From an uncultured delta proteobacterium (lineage in GTDB: Bacteria > Myxococcota_A > Polyangia > Palsa-1104), in assembly GCA_963785725.1 (NCBI GenBank), contig CAWAWS010000003.1, forward strand, positions 499,449 to 563,448: a stretch of DNA of 64,000 nt. The letters are read 5' to 3'. This document shows, piece by piece, positions 28,972 through 37,450 of the stretch (positions are counted from its first letter, which is position 1; every line of letters starts with the position of its first letter). A program made the translations under genes and the position numbers. Under the pieces are notes generated by a model. That model saw only the letters and a list, made by a program, of their open reading frames with translations. It was not told the DNA's origin and did not search any database.

Positions 28972-29693
28972 AGTACGCGTTCATCTCGCAGGAGAAGGTG
29001 GCCTATCCCGTCGCTGTTTTGTGTCGTGTCCTGGCCGTGTCGACGAGCGGCTATTACGCCAGTCTGCGTCGGCCACCGTCGCTGCGAGCGCGCAGGGACC
29101 GCGAGCTCGTCGACAAGATTCGGCGGTCGCATCTCGCCAGCAAGCGGCGGTATGGCAGCCCGCGCGTCTATGCCGACCTCCAGGCCGAAGGCCAACGAGT
29201 GGGACGCAAACGCGTCGCGCGGCTCATGCGCGAGCACCGGCTCGTCGCGCGGGTACGTCGCCGCTTTCGCACGACCACTGACTCCAAGCACGCTTTCCCC
29301 GTCGCTCCCAACCTCTTGGCGCGCGACTTCACGGCGACGGCGCCCGACCAACGCTGGGTCACCGACATCACGTTCCTGTCGACCCAGCAGGGCTGGCTGT
29401 ACCTCGCCGTCATCCTCGACCTGTTCTCGCGACGCGTCGTAGCCCGCGGCTTTCGCTGCAGCATGAGCCGCAAGGGCGATTGCTGGGATAATGCCGTCGC
29501 CGAGAGCTTCTTCGCGACGCTCAAGCGGGAGATGGAGCGCGCCGACGACCTTCCGAGCCAGGCCGTCGCCGCGCTCTCGATCGGCGAATACATCGACGGC
29601 TTCTACAACGTTCGGCGTCGGCACTCGGCCATCGACTACTGCAGCCCAATCGAGTTCGAGCTGTTACATTCCGTCAAGCGGCGAGCAGCGTAA
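28968..29693 (+). pseudogene. IS3 transposase OrfB lacking the middle of the DDE core
   Basis: YGSPR, WVTDIT, DLFSRRVV joined directly to SMSRKG.CWDNA..ESFF; the HSD.GSQY segment is missing. Confidence 0.85.
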
Positions 29694-29832
29694 TCAAACC
29701 GTCCACCGAATCGGTGCAACTCCAGGTTGCTCCATGTTGGGGAGGCGCTTCATAAGAGTGCTCAGCGCCCTTCGCACGCGCCGTAGTCTCTGCGTCCGCT
29801 TGCTCAAAATCGCTCAGTTGCATACTACCTAA

Positions 29833-30237
29833 TCACTTCTCCCAGTAACTGGGAATCCAGCCAAGACCACCGCACGTGCAAACGACGTTTTCGAGTTTGC
29901 CTTCGAGTACCTTTCCGCTGCCGCCGCACGAGTCGCAGTCGACATCGCTCGAGTGCCGTGTCGGTAGTAGGGACTCCAGCTCTGGATAGAAACGTCTTCC
30001 TGACAACAGCACCAAATCGCGCCAGCGGCGACTCGTGATCGGCTTTGCTGCAGGGGCATCCCATCCGACTTCGACTAATTCGCCGTCTGGGCGTATGCCG
30101 GCGAAGCCGCCCATATCGGCTGCCAGCACCAAGACGTCATGAGCCTCGGCAAATTCTGCGGTCTCTCGCGACCACTTCTGAGCCTGCGTGCTTCTATGTT
30201 TCATCAAGACGGTAGCAATCGCAGCTGGCGTGCTCAT
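29833..30237 (-). CDS. Small protein with C-terminal DnaJ-like Cys motif, candidate orphan immunity protein
   Basis: AGGAG RBS; CDSCGGSG...CTCGGLGW; co-oriented downstream of a toxin-immunity pair. Confidence 0.65.
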   Translation of the reverse strand: MSTPAAIATVLMKHRSTQAQKWSRETAEFAEAHDVLVLAADMGGFAGIRPDGELVEVGWDAPAAKPITSRRWRDLVLLSGRRFYPELESLLPTRHSSDVDCDSCGGSGKVLEGKLENVVCTCGGLGWIPSYWEK

Positions 30238-30377
30238 GAGGCGTCTCCTGCAACTGGCTGTGTCTCGCGTTCGCGCAGCAGTGCGATAACTCGTGGGATG
30301 TTCTTGTAGCCAGCGATGCGACAGAACCTCTTCAGTTCGGCGTCTCCAGCGACGTGAATCGACATTCGCATGCTGGA

Positions 30378-31043
30378 CTATTCGAGTGGGCCCAGCACTC
30401 CTTCTAGGGCGTCTCGGCCCGCTTGGGCAAGAGAGGTTCGCTTTACCTCTATCTCGACACCTTCGGCGACACTCTCGAACGTCTCGTCATGAAACGCGAG
30501 GAGATAGTGACGGCGCGCGACCCAACGAGCAGGGTCGTATTGGGAGTGCACAGAATTGATCTTCTGTAACTCTTGCACCCAACGAGAGTTCGCGACGATG
30601 TGAGCCCGGTATGCTGCGAGGCCTCTGCCATAGAGCGGATGACCGCTTATCACTTCGTCGTTAGGAGCGCCGAGGCGGACGGCCGTTAGACGTTTGAACC
30701 GAACAATGGCGATGGGAGCCTCGTCGGAAGTCTGTGCGACGCGCGCCCATGAGCCGTCCCAGGTCGGATCGTCTTCCTTGACGACGTAGAGGAGGACCGT
30801 GCCCCTCGCCCCCGACAACAAATGAGGCAGCGGCGCGCCGACATCCCAGGCTGGAAATTCGAAGCAGGCGGTCGCGCACTCCTCCCCAAGGACGAGGGCT
30901 CGGGCGCGTTCCGCGTCGAGCAACTCGTCGTGAGCAGCACGAAACTCGAGCCACTCCCCGCCCTGGTGTTTTCCGCGGACGGCCGCCGATGCGCGCTCAA
31001 CACGCGCTCGGGCCTCGGCCAGCCTTCGATCGACATCATCCAT
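30378..31043 (-). CDS. Hypothetical protein, candidate orphan immunity protein
   Basis: WD.GAP.P, GAPNDE...GHPLY.RGL..Y....V.NS.W, FHD.TFE; located in the toxin-downstream string. Confidence 0.65.
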   Translation of the reverse strand: MDDVDRRLAEARARVERASAAVRGKHQGGEWLEFRAAHDELLDAERARALVLGEECATACFEFPAWDVGAPLPHLLSGARGTVLLYVVKEDDPTWDGSWARVAQTSDEAPIAIVRFKRLTAVRLGAPNDEVISGHPLYGRGLAAYRAHIVANSRWVQELQKINSVHSQYDPARWVARRHYLLAFHDETFESVAEGVEIEVKRTSLAQAGRDALEGVLGPLE

Positions 31044-31141
31044 GCTCAACGAACAATACAGAACAACGATGCCATTTCAAATGCCGGTTGCCGCGTCGTC
31101 AATCAGACGGCGAGCGAGGTCGGCATCGGTGGCGGTGATGA

Positions 31142-31567
31142 TCAGGGCTCGCGGTCGTCCGGTACGTCAGCCTCGGCCGCGGCGTCGCGCGCCGCGCCAT
31201 ACGCGACTTCCGCCTGAATCTCCTCCTCCGACGGCACGCGCCACTGCCCCGCGCCGCGCGCTGCAAGCAGCTCGCTGATGGGAAGGTTGATATCGACGTC
31301 GTCATATTCGATATCGGCGGGGGCGTTAGGAATCGCGACGGCAGCGCCATGCAGCTGAAAGGTGCGCCGGCCCGCCAACCCCTGCCACTCACCGAGCAGG
31401 ATACGCATCCCCAATAGCTCGGCTTTGAAGAAGAACACGTCGTACTGCACGGTATCGGGCGTAAAGACGCATCCTAACGCCGGCTCGACCAGCAGCCTCA
31501 TTTCGTCGAGCGATCCTTCGGCGTCGCTGCGCAGCGAAAAGCGCATCGAGTGGCTTACGTGGCTCAT
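31142..31567 (-). CDS. Putative cognate immunity protein
   Basis: Acidic 141-aa ORF coupled by TGATG overlap to the DUF4157 gene. Confidence 0.7.
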   Translation of the reverse strand: MSHVSHSMRFSLRSDAEGSLDEMRLLVEPALGCVFTPDTVQYDVFFFKAELLGMRILLGEWQGLAGRRTFQLHGAAVAIPNAPADIEYDDVDINLPISELLAARGAGQWRVPSEEEIQAEVAYGAARDAAAEADVPDDREP

Positions 31568-33399
31568 CAGCTCCCCTTTAGTACGACTGTCGACCCGGCG
31601 ACTCCCTGAATGCCGGGAAGCGCGGCGACGAGTGCTGCGACGACTTGCTGCGAGCAGGCGGACAGCTCTTTAGGCGCAAGGCGATCGGTCGGGAAGATCT
31701 TGCCGGCCACCACTTGCGCACCTTTCCGCGCCGCCGCGTCGAAGTCGGCCTTATGCACCGTATACAAGTCGACATCGAATTCGCCGAGATTGAATCGCGT
31801 CTGCCCCTTATGGGGTCCGCGATAACCGGTCTTGGCGCTGCCGGTGAAATCGATCTTCGATGTGCCTTTGTATTTGAATGCTGAAATGGTGTTGGTGATT
31901 AGATCGCGCGTCTTAGTGAACTGCGCACGCCAGACTTCGGCGCCGACGGTCTCCATGCGTGCGTCGACCGACTCTTTACTGAGATCGTTGATTCCCGTCG
32001 ACGCTCCCCACTGAACCAGCGCCGCCAACTGCTGCTGCGCCTGCGCAATGAGCGCGTTGACGCCCGCCTTGGCCTCTTCATTGCTGATTCCCGGTCCGCC
32101 CTTCTTGGGAAAGCGCGATTCATAGAGCGTCCGGAAGTTCGCGACATTCTGCGCGCTCAATCGCTTCAAGTTGGGCAGCAGCTTGGTTTGGAACTCCGCT
32201 TTGACGCCCGGATCTTCGATGGTCGTGACGTATTGCGCGAAGAGATCGACGGCGCCCTGCGCCTTGCTGAATTTGTCGGTAAACGGCAGCTTCTCCGACG
32301 ATGCCATCTTGATTTGGACGTCGTCACCGGCGGGCTCGAAGAAGAGCTGGTGCGGCGCGCCGGCCATGTCGAACGGCACCGTCACCGGCGGTCGCGGCGC
32401 CGGCGCGTCCTTCCCCGCGGCGGCGGGTGGGCTCGCGCCCGCGGTCGGCGTCGCCCCCGCCGCCGACGCAGGCTTGCGGAACAGCTTGCGCGGATCAAAG
32501 CCTGCGCTGCTCGGGACGGCTCCGCTCTCCAGCTTCGCCGAGATCGCCGCCGGCTTTTGCGCTGGTGCGCCGGCCGCGGCCGCATCCTTCGCGTTCCCCT
32601 CGGATGCAGCGTTGCCGTCGGTATGGGTGCCGTGGCCGGCATCCTTGCCGTGCGCGTCGTGTCCCGCGGAGTGGTCGCCGCCGCCGTGCAGGCTGTCTGC
32701 GACGCTGTCGCCGACGCGATCGGCCTCCCGCTCCGCAGGCTCGTGCGGCTGCGACACCGCCTGCTCACCGTCGGTCGCGGCGCCTGCTTCTGGCTTACGC
32801 TGCACGCCCGACTTCTGGCCCTGCACGACGTGCGTGAGCTCGTGCGCCAGCAGCCGATCGCCCTCTTTGGTCCCCGGCGCCAGCTGGCCGCTACCGAAAT
32901 GCACGTCGTTGCCAACGGTGAACGCCTTGGCGCCCAGCGCGGAAGCGGCGTTCGACGAATCGCCACCGGCGTGCACCTTCACCTGCGACAGATCGGCGCC
33001 CAGACGCGGCTCCATGCGCGAGCGTACGTCCTTCGGCAATGGCGCGCCTCCGCTCTTGGGAATCGCAGCGCCATCGCCGTTCGCACCCGTGCGGCTGTCG
33101 AGGCTGCGGGCGACCCGCGCGCGCTCGCGGTCCACACGCACCATCGGCGCCTGCCCCTGCGCGCCGTTCGTACTGCGATAGATCAGCTCTTCGTACGTCT
33201 CCTTCCGGTCCTGGCGCACGGGCTCCATGCGCGCCGCCGGATCGGTCGGATTGCCGCGTGGCGCTCGCGGCGCCGGCGCGCCGCCGATGCTCACGTCGAC
33301 GGAGACGTTCGACATGACCTTGTTGACGAAGCCCCAAAACCCGCCAGATTTCTTGCCGCCGCCTTTGTCGCTCGGGCCGTTCGGGGGTCGTTCACTCAT
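31567..33399 (-). CDS. DUF4157 (eCIS-core) protein with C-terminal putative toxin domain
   Basis: GGAGG RBS at ATG 33399; G.PLP..VR.RME..LG.D.S.V.VH...A.AFT.G.DV.F...LLAHELTHVVQ...VQRK; tip has FTGS..TG...FDVDLY. Confidence 0.88.
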   Translation of the reverse strand: MSERPPNGPSDKGGGKKSGGFWGFVNKVMSNVSVDVSIGGAPAPRAPRGNPTDPAARMEPVRQDRKETYEELIYRSTNGAQGQAPMVRVDRERARVARSLDSRTGANGDGAAIPKSGGAPLPKDVRSRMEPRLGADLSQVKVHAGGDSSNAASALGAKAFTVGNDVHFGSGQLAPGTKEGDRLLAHELTHVVQGQKSGVQRKPEAGAATDGEQAVSQPHEPAEREADRVGDSVADSLHGGGDHSAGHDAHGKDAGHGTHTDGNAASEGNAKDAAAAGAPAQKPAAISAKLESGAVPSSAGFDPRKLFRKPASAAGATPTAGASPPAAAGKDAPAPRPPVTVPFDMAGAPHQLFFEPAGDDVQIKMASSEKLPFTDKFSKAQGAVDLFAQYVTTIEDPGVKAEFQTKLLPNLKRLSAQNVANFRTLYESRFPKKGGPGISNEEAKAGVNALIAQAQQQLAALVQWGASTGINDLSKESVDARMETVGAEVWRAQFTKTRDLITNTISAFKYKGTSKIDFTGSAKTGYRGPHKGQTRFNLGEFDVDLYTVHKADFDAAARKGAQVVAGKIFPTDRLAPKELSACSQQVVAALVAALPGIQGVAGSTVVLKGS

Positions 33400-33504
33400 C
33401 TGTGGCCTCCATTTGCTCCCCACCGCGAGTACCGCCCTGCGGCCAACAGTATGGCAAGAAATTGGCATACAGTCGCGTGGCGCCGCTCTCTCGTCGTACA
33501 ATCT

Positions 33505-33546
33505 TGCGGCGACCACGGTGGTGCCTGCGGCGACCACGGTGGTGTC
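33505..33546. repeat. Tandem 21-bp direct repeat with palindromic core
   Basis: TGCGGCGACCACGGTGGTG(C/T)C x2; core ACCAC-G-GTGGT. Confidence 0.8.
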
Positions 33547-34414
33547 TGCCATCTGAGAGGCCCCGTGCACTCGATACCTTCTGAGCGGACTCGCCCGTCC
33601 GCGCGAATGCGGTGGCGCCATCGGAGCACAGCAGGTTGGCTTGCAACGGCCACCTAACGAGAACATCGTTTCAATTCCAAGGGCATCTGCCGACGCACTC
33701 CGCGCGAAGCTCGCAACTAACAATCAACTGCGTCTCTCGATGCACTGGTCTAACCACAAGAGGGCATCCCTCGAACCGGAGCTGGGTCAGCGCCATTTAG
33801 CGATTTTATTTTCTTCATTGTCGTTAGGACAAGGCCGGCGCACGAGACTTCGACGCGAGCCGTCGATCCAAGACGCGCGCCGTCAGGCGTTTGCGGTCGG
33901 CGCGCCATCGACTTCGCCACGACGTCTCGAGGTTGTAAGCCCTGACGGCAGCGTGGCATTGCCGGCGGTGGCCGTGGGCCGCAGCGGCATGACCAGGAGG
34001 ACGAGTGACGACTGCGCACCGCTTCGCAGGCACAGGCACAGCGTCAGCGAGGAGATACCGATGCGGATGGCGGATGCCACGTCTGCGTCGCTCTCTCCGG
34101 CGAGCGTGAGCAGGAGCGCGCTATCGACTGCCGGCACGCCCACGCTGGAAACCTGAACCAGCCCCGCCCGCAAGAATGGTCCAAGCCAAGGCTCGAATCA
34201 GAGACTCATTCGCGATCATGATTGCCTCCGACAGCAGGCATTTCAAGCGCGGTGCCAGGTATGACGAGGTGCGGCAGAAGCGGTAAGCGGGGCTGCAGCA
34301 GTGACCGCGCCCCAGCACGGAGCGCAAGTCTTGCGGCATCGCGCACGAAGGCCGCACAGTCTGCGAGCAACGACCTTCGATGCGCGCTGTTGCGCAAGCA
34401 ACCGCCCCGTTCGT

Positions 34415-34546
34415 CGGCATGTGGCTTGCTGAGCCGACTCCCGAGAGGCGAGCTATCAACAAGAAGCACGTGATGGTCGCGGTCGACTTCGGTGTGTCGT
34501 CCAGATTGGCGTTCGACGTCGCCGTCGACATGGCGCGGCGACTGCC
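34415..34546 (+). pseudogene. Universal stress protein N-terminal remnant with sigma54-like box
   Basis: CGGCAT-GTGGC-TTGCT at 34415-34430, GAGAGG, then [22 protein letters not shown]; cut by the IS fragment. Confidence 0.55.
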
Positions 34547-34790
34547 GGCTCCGTTGGACAAAAAATCGCGCTCCATCGTCAGCTCGCCGATCTTCTTCAG
34601 CAGCTCGTCGGGGCGCGCGTTCTCATCGGCTGGCTTGCTGGCGCAGTCGGAGAACGCTGTCGCCGCCTTCTCCAAGAGTTGCTTCTTCCAGGCGTAAATC
34701 CGCGCGGGGTGTACGCCGAAACGCCGCGCCAGCTCGGGCACCGTCTCCTCCTCGCGCAGCGCCGCCAGCGCCAGCTTGGCCTCCAGAGAT
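34547..34790 (-). pseudogene. IS3-family OrfA fragment
   Basis: [29 protein letters not shown]...[14 protein letters not shown]; no orfB. Confidence 0.8.
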
Positions 34791-35020
34791 TCAGACGCGC
34801 ATGCGCCGACTCCGGCTCTAGCTGCCTGCGCTACGGCCTCGACGCCTCGTAAGTCCGGATCTAGGCGATAGGAAAAATGAAAAATCTTCGGCTAGGACGT
34901 CGCTGGAGCCGAGAAACGGACAAACAGCGTTATTTGCCGTCGCTGAGGCTAGCCGTGCGACAATTTGCCACGGTTTAGCGACTGGAATTCGCGGGTACAT
35001 TCATCCTGGGAGGGGTGCCC

Positions 35021-35086
35021 TTGTATCTGATGTACGTCGACGAGAGCGGCGATTGTGGGCTCGTAAATTCGCCTACCAGGTATTAG
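35021..35086 (+). pseudogene. DUF3800-like N-terminal stub
   Basis: GGGAGG RBS then MYLMYVDESGDCG...SPTRY*. Confidence 0.55.
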
Positions 35087-35299
35087 TCGAACGCGCTCGG
35101 CTTCGAACGTACGCGCGTAACGATGTTGGATGACACTTACGATTGCGACTGTGAATCACATCGTTTCCTTATGAGGTAATACGCAGTTGCGTGTGGCATG
35201 CCAGCTCGGCGCGCAGTGAGATTCGTCCACCTTCGTCAGCAGCGAGGACGATCGCTGCGACCGCGTTACATCGTGCTATTGTCGTTCGTCGGGGGAACG

Positions 35300-36019
35300 A
35301 TGGGTGACAGCGGGCGGACGTGGCGGCCCTCGGGGAGCGGCCCGAGCGAGCGCGCGGCAGGTGAAGATCCGCGCTTTACGGGCAATTCGGTCGCGGCCGA
35401 TCGCGAGTGGGCGCAAAATCGCATCGCGAACTTCCTGCGCGCGCAAAAGGGGCCGATTCAGCGCAAGGCGGAACCAGGCGCGGATGCGGCCGCGGCGCCG
35501 GTCTCCAAGCCGAGCGATGCGGCCGAGCAGGAGGCCGATCAGACGAGCGACGCCGTCGCCGAGCAGCTCCACGGCGGCGACAAGGCCGATGGGGCCCACG
35601 CGCCGGCGGGGCCGAAGCACGCGCCCGCGCCGATCGCCGCCAAGCTGGAGAGCGGAACGGTGTCGCTCGCCAAGAAGGACGACAAGAAAGAGGCCAAGAA
35701 GCCCGAGTGCCGCGGGCGACTGCAGGTCCAGGGCGAGGATTTGGGGCAAGAGCTGTCGTGGCCGTGGGCGCGCGCCGAGCCGCCCAAAGCGGACGAGGCG
35801 GTGGCCGAGCTGGGGAAGCTCAAGGGGCAGCTGACGAAGAAGCAGCTGGAGATCCGCAGCGAGGCCTTCGAGTCGGCGTCGAGGTTCATCACGAACGCCA
35901 AGGCGAACGGCGGCGTGGACGCGCCGGTGAGCCAGACCTATCAGAACAAGAATCTGCGCGACAAAGAGAAGACGGCGCGCGTCGACATCGAAGTGCGCAC
36001 GGGCAAGGCCTTCGTGTGA
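35300..36019 (+). CDS. Putative polymorphic toxin with a DUF4157-type linker but no DUF4157 core
   Basis: IQRK...VSKPSDAAEQEAD...VA..LHGG...AKLESG shared with 31567-33399; basic tip RGRLQVQG...W...GGVDA...RVDIEV..G.AF. Confidence 0.75.
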   Translation: MGDSGRTWRPSGSGPSERAAGEDPRFTGNSVAADREWAQNRIANFLRAQKGPIQRKAEPGADAAAAPVSKPSDAAEQEADQTSDAVAEQLHGGDKADGAHAPAGPKHAPAPIAAKLESGTVSLAKKDDKKEAKKPECRGRLQVQGEDLGQELSWPWARAEPPKADEAVAELGKLKGQLTKKQLEIRSEAFESASRFITNAKANGGVDAPVSQTYQNKNLRDKEKTARVDIEVRTGKAFV

Positions 36020-36029
36020 GAGGAGCCAA

Positions 36030-36600
36030 ATGAACGCCGAGGATTGGACGGAGCTGGACGAGCTCGTGGCCCACGATTCGCCGGACGCCGACGACGTGCT
36101 CGACGCGATGGAGGCGGTCACCGAACGGCCCGACGGTCTGTCGCAGCTGGTCGACCGCTATGCGGCGTCGCCGAGCGCGATCGTCACGCGGGCGCTGTCG
36201 TTCCTGTTGGCGCAGGCGGCCTCGTCGGCGCGCGGCGCGCAGCGGGAGCTCGTCTATCGCTTCATCGAGCGGCTGACGGTGAGTGACGATCCTTCGACGC
36301 TCATGAACACGCTGACGGCGGTGCAGCGGCAGGCCATCGCCGGCGCGCCCTGGGGCGATGGCTCGACGGCGACGCGGCTTTTGCCGCCGCTCATCATGCG
36401 CAGCCTGAAGGGCAACCCGCTCGTGCAGTCGACGGCGCTGCGGCTCTTGGCCCGGCTGTACGAGGACGGCCTCTTGCCATCGCTGTTCGCCGGTGACGCC
36501 GCCGCGGCGACGCTGCGCCGTCGATCTCGCCGGCATCGAGCAGACCGAGCTCGTCGCGTCCTCGTTCGGCGAGCTCGCCCGCTACGTCGCGGGCCGCTAG
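36030..36600 (+). CDS. Putative helical-repeat immunity protein (frameshift near 36515)
   Basis: AGGAG RBS 10 nt after the toxin stop; acidic helical start; plausible coding continues in another frame to TAG 36598-36600. Confidence 0.6.
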
Positions 36601-36993
36601 CCGCACGGCGCGCTCGTCTATCGGCATCCCGAATCCATACCGAACGCGGCGGAGAGGCGCAGCCGCCAAGGCTCTCATCGGCGCCAAGAACCTGTTAGCC
36701 AAGCGGGCGCGGTTTCGCGCAACGCGAGCGTAGCGGCGGCGGCGCCTCGCCGCTCATCGGCGATCCGAAACTGATTCGTTCACGACTTCACTTCGACACC
36801 AGGAGTTCAAATGCATTCTGGTCATTCTTCTCCACTAACGAAGTGGGAAGCGGAATCCATCGTCGAGAGTGGCTGGCGCTCGCAGCGCACGTGCTGCGCG
36901 GACGCGGTCATCATTCCCTGCGTCTGCCGACTCTCCGTCAGGTGCCCACAGCACGGAGTGATCTGTGCCGGCAGCCACGACTGAGGTGAGGAT

Positions 36994-37179
36994 ATGGCCG
37001 TAGTCCATCTTCTTGAAGCGCTCGATCCGGATCGGCGCCGACGGCTCCGGTCCGCGCTCGCGCGCGTGCTGGCCCGCCAGGCGCACGCGGAGCTGGTGCT
37101 CGAAGCAGACGCACTTACCGTCGAGGAAACAGCTCGTCCCACGCCGTTGACTACATGGCCTACCCGACATACAATGTAG
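36994..37179 (+). CDS. Small hypothetical protein
   Basis: GAGGTGAGG RBS; 61-aa helical ORF upstream of the recombinase operon. Confidence 0.35.
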   Translation: MAVVHLLEALDPDRRRRLRSALARVLARQAHAELVLEADALTVEETARPTPLTTWPTRHTM

Positions 37180-37231
37180 CCCGTGTTACAAGAACCTGCA
37201 TTCTCCGTCGTGATGGCTACAATCGCCATCC

Positions 37232-37450
37232 ATGAAGCGGACTACCGAATCCAGCGCGCGAAACCGGAACGTCGTCAGCCTGCCAACCGCCGTCTACAGC
37301 CGCGCCCGCGAGCTATCCGAGCAGGCGTCTCAGCATGGCTGGGCGGTACTCGGGATCGAGCGCCGCGACCCGCCTGGTATCGGCGCGATCGTTGATGAAG
37401 CACTGAAGCTGCTTGCCGAGCGATTGAAAAAGGTGAAGGCGCGAAAATGA
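37232..37450 (+). CDS. Small basic protein, possibly ribbon-helix-helix
   Basis: ATGA-coupled to the recombinase; VVSLP..VY.RARELS strand-helix pattern. Confidence 0.55.
   Translation: MKRTTESSARNRNVVSLPTAVYSRARELSEQASQHGWAVLGIERRDPPGIGAIVDEALKLLAERLKKVKARK

Larger units (their letters stand above)
28601..29724 (+). mobile_element. IS3-family insertion sequence, internally deleted
   Basis: TG...CA ends; IRL TGGAGTTGCCCCGGCCTGGTGGAC vs IRR (reverse complement) TGGAGTTGCACCGATTCGGTGGAC; orfA/orfB; no target duplication. Confidence 0.93.

Noticed and set aside
33452..33467. Plus-strand sigma54 promoter (GG-N10-GC)
   Set aside because: No credible plus-strand gene follows; better explained as part of a near-palindrome
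33750..34220. Possible membrane-protein fragment on the minus strand
   Set aside because: No recognisable motif and inconsistent frames
1..37000. Many long overlapping ORFs in alternative frames (e.g. 8000-9724, 14530-16311, 26242-27588)
   Set aside because: Arg/Ala/Pro-rich shadows typical of high-GC DNA, overlapping genes with clear family motifs
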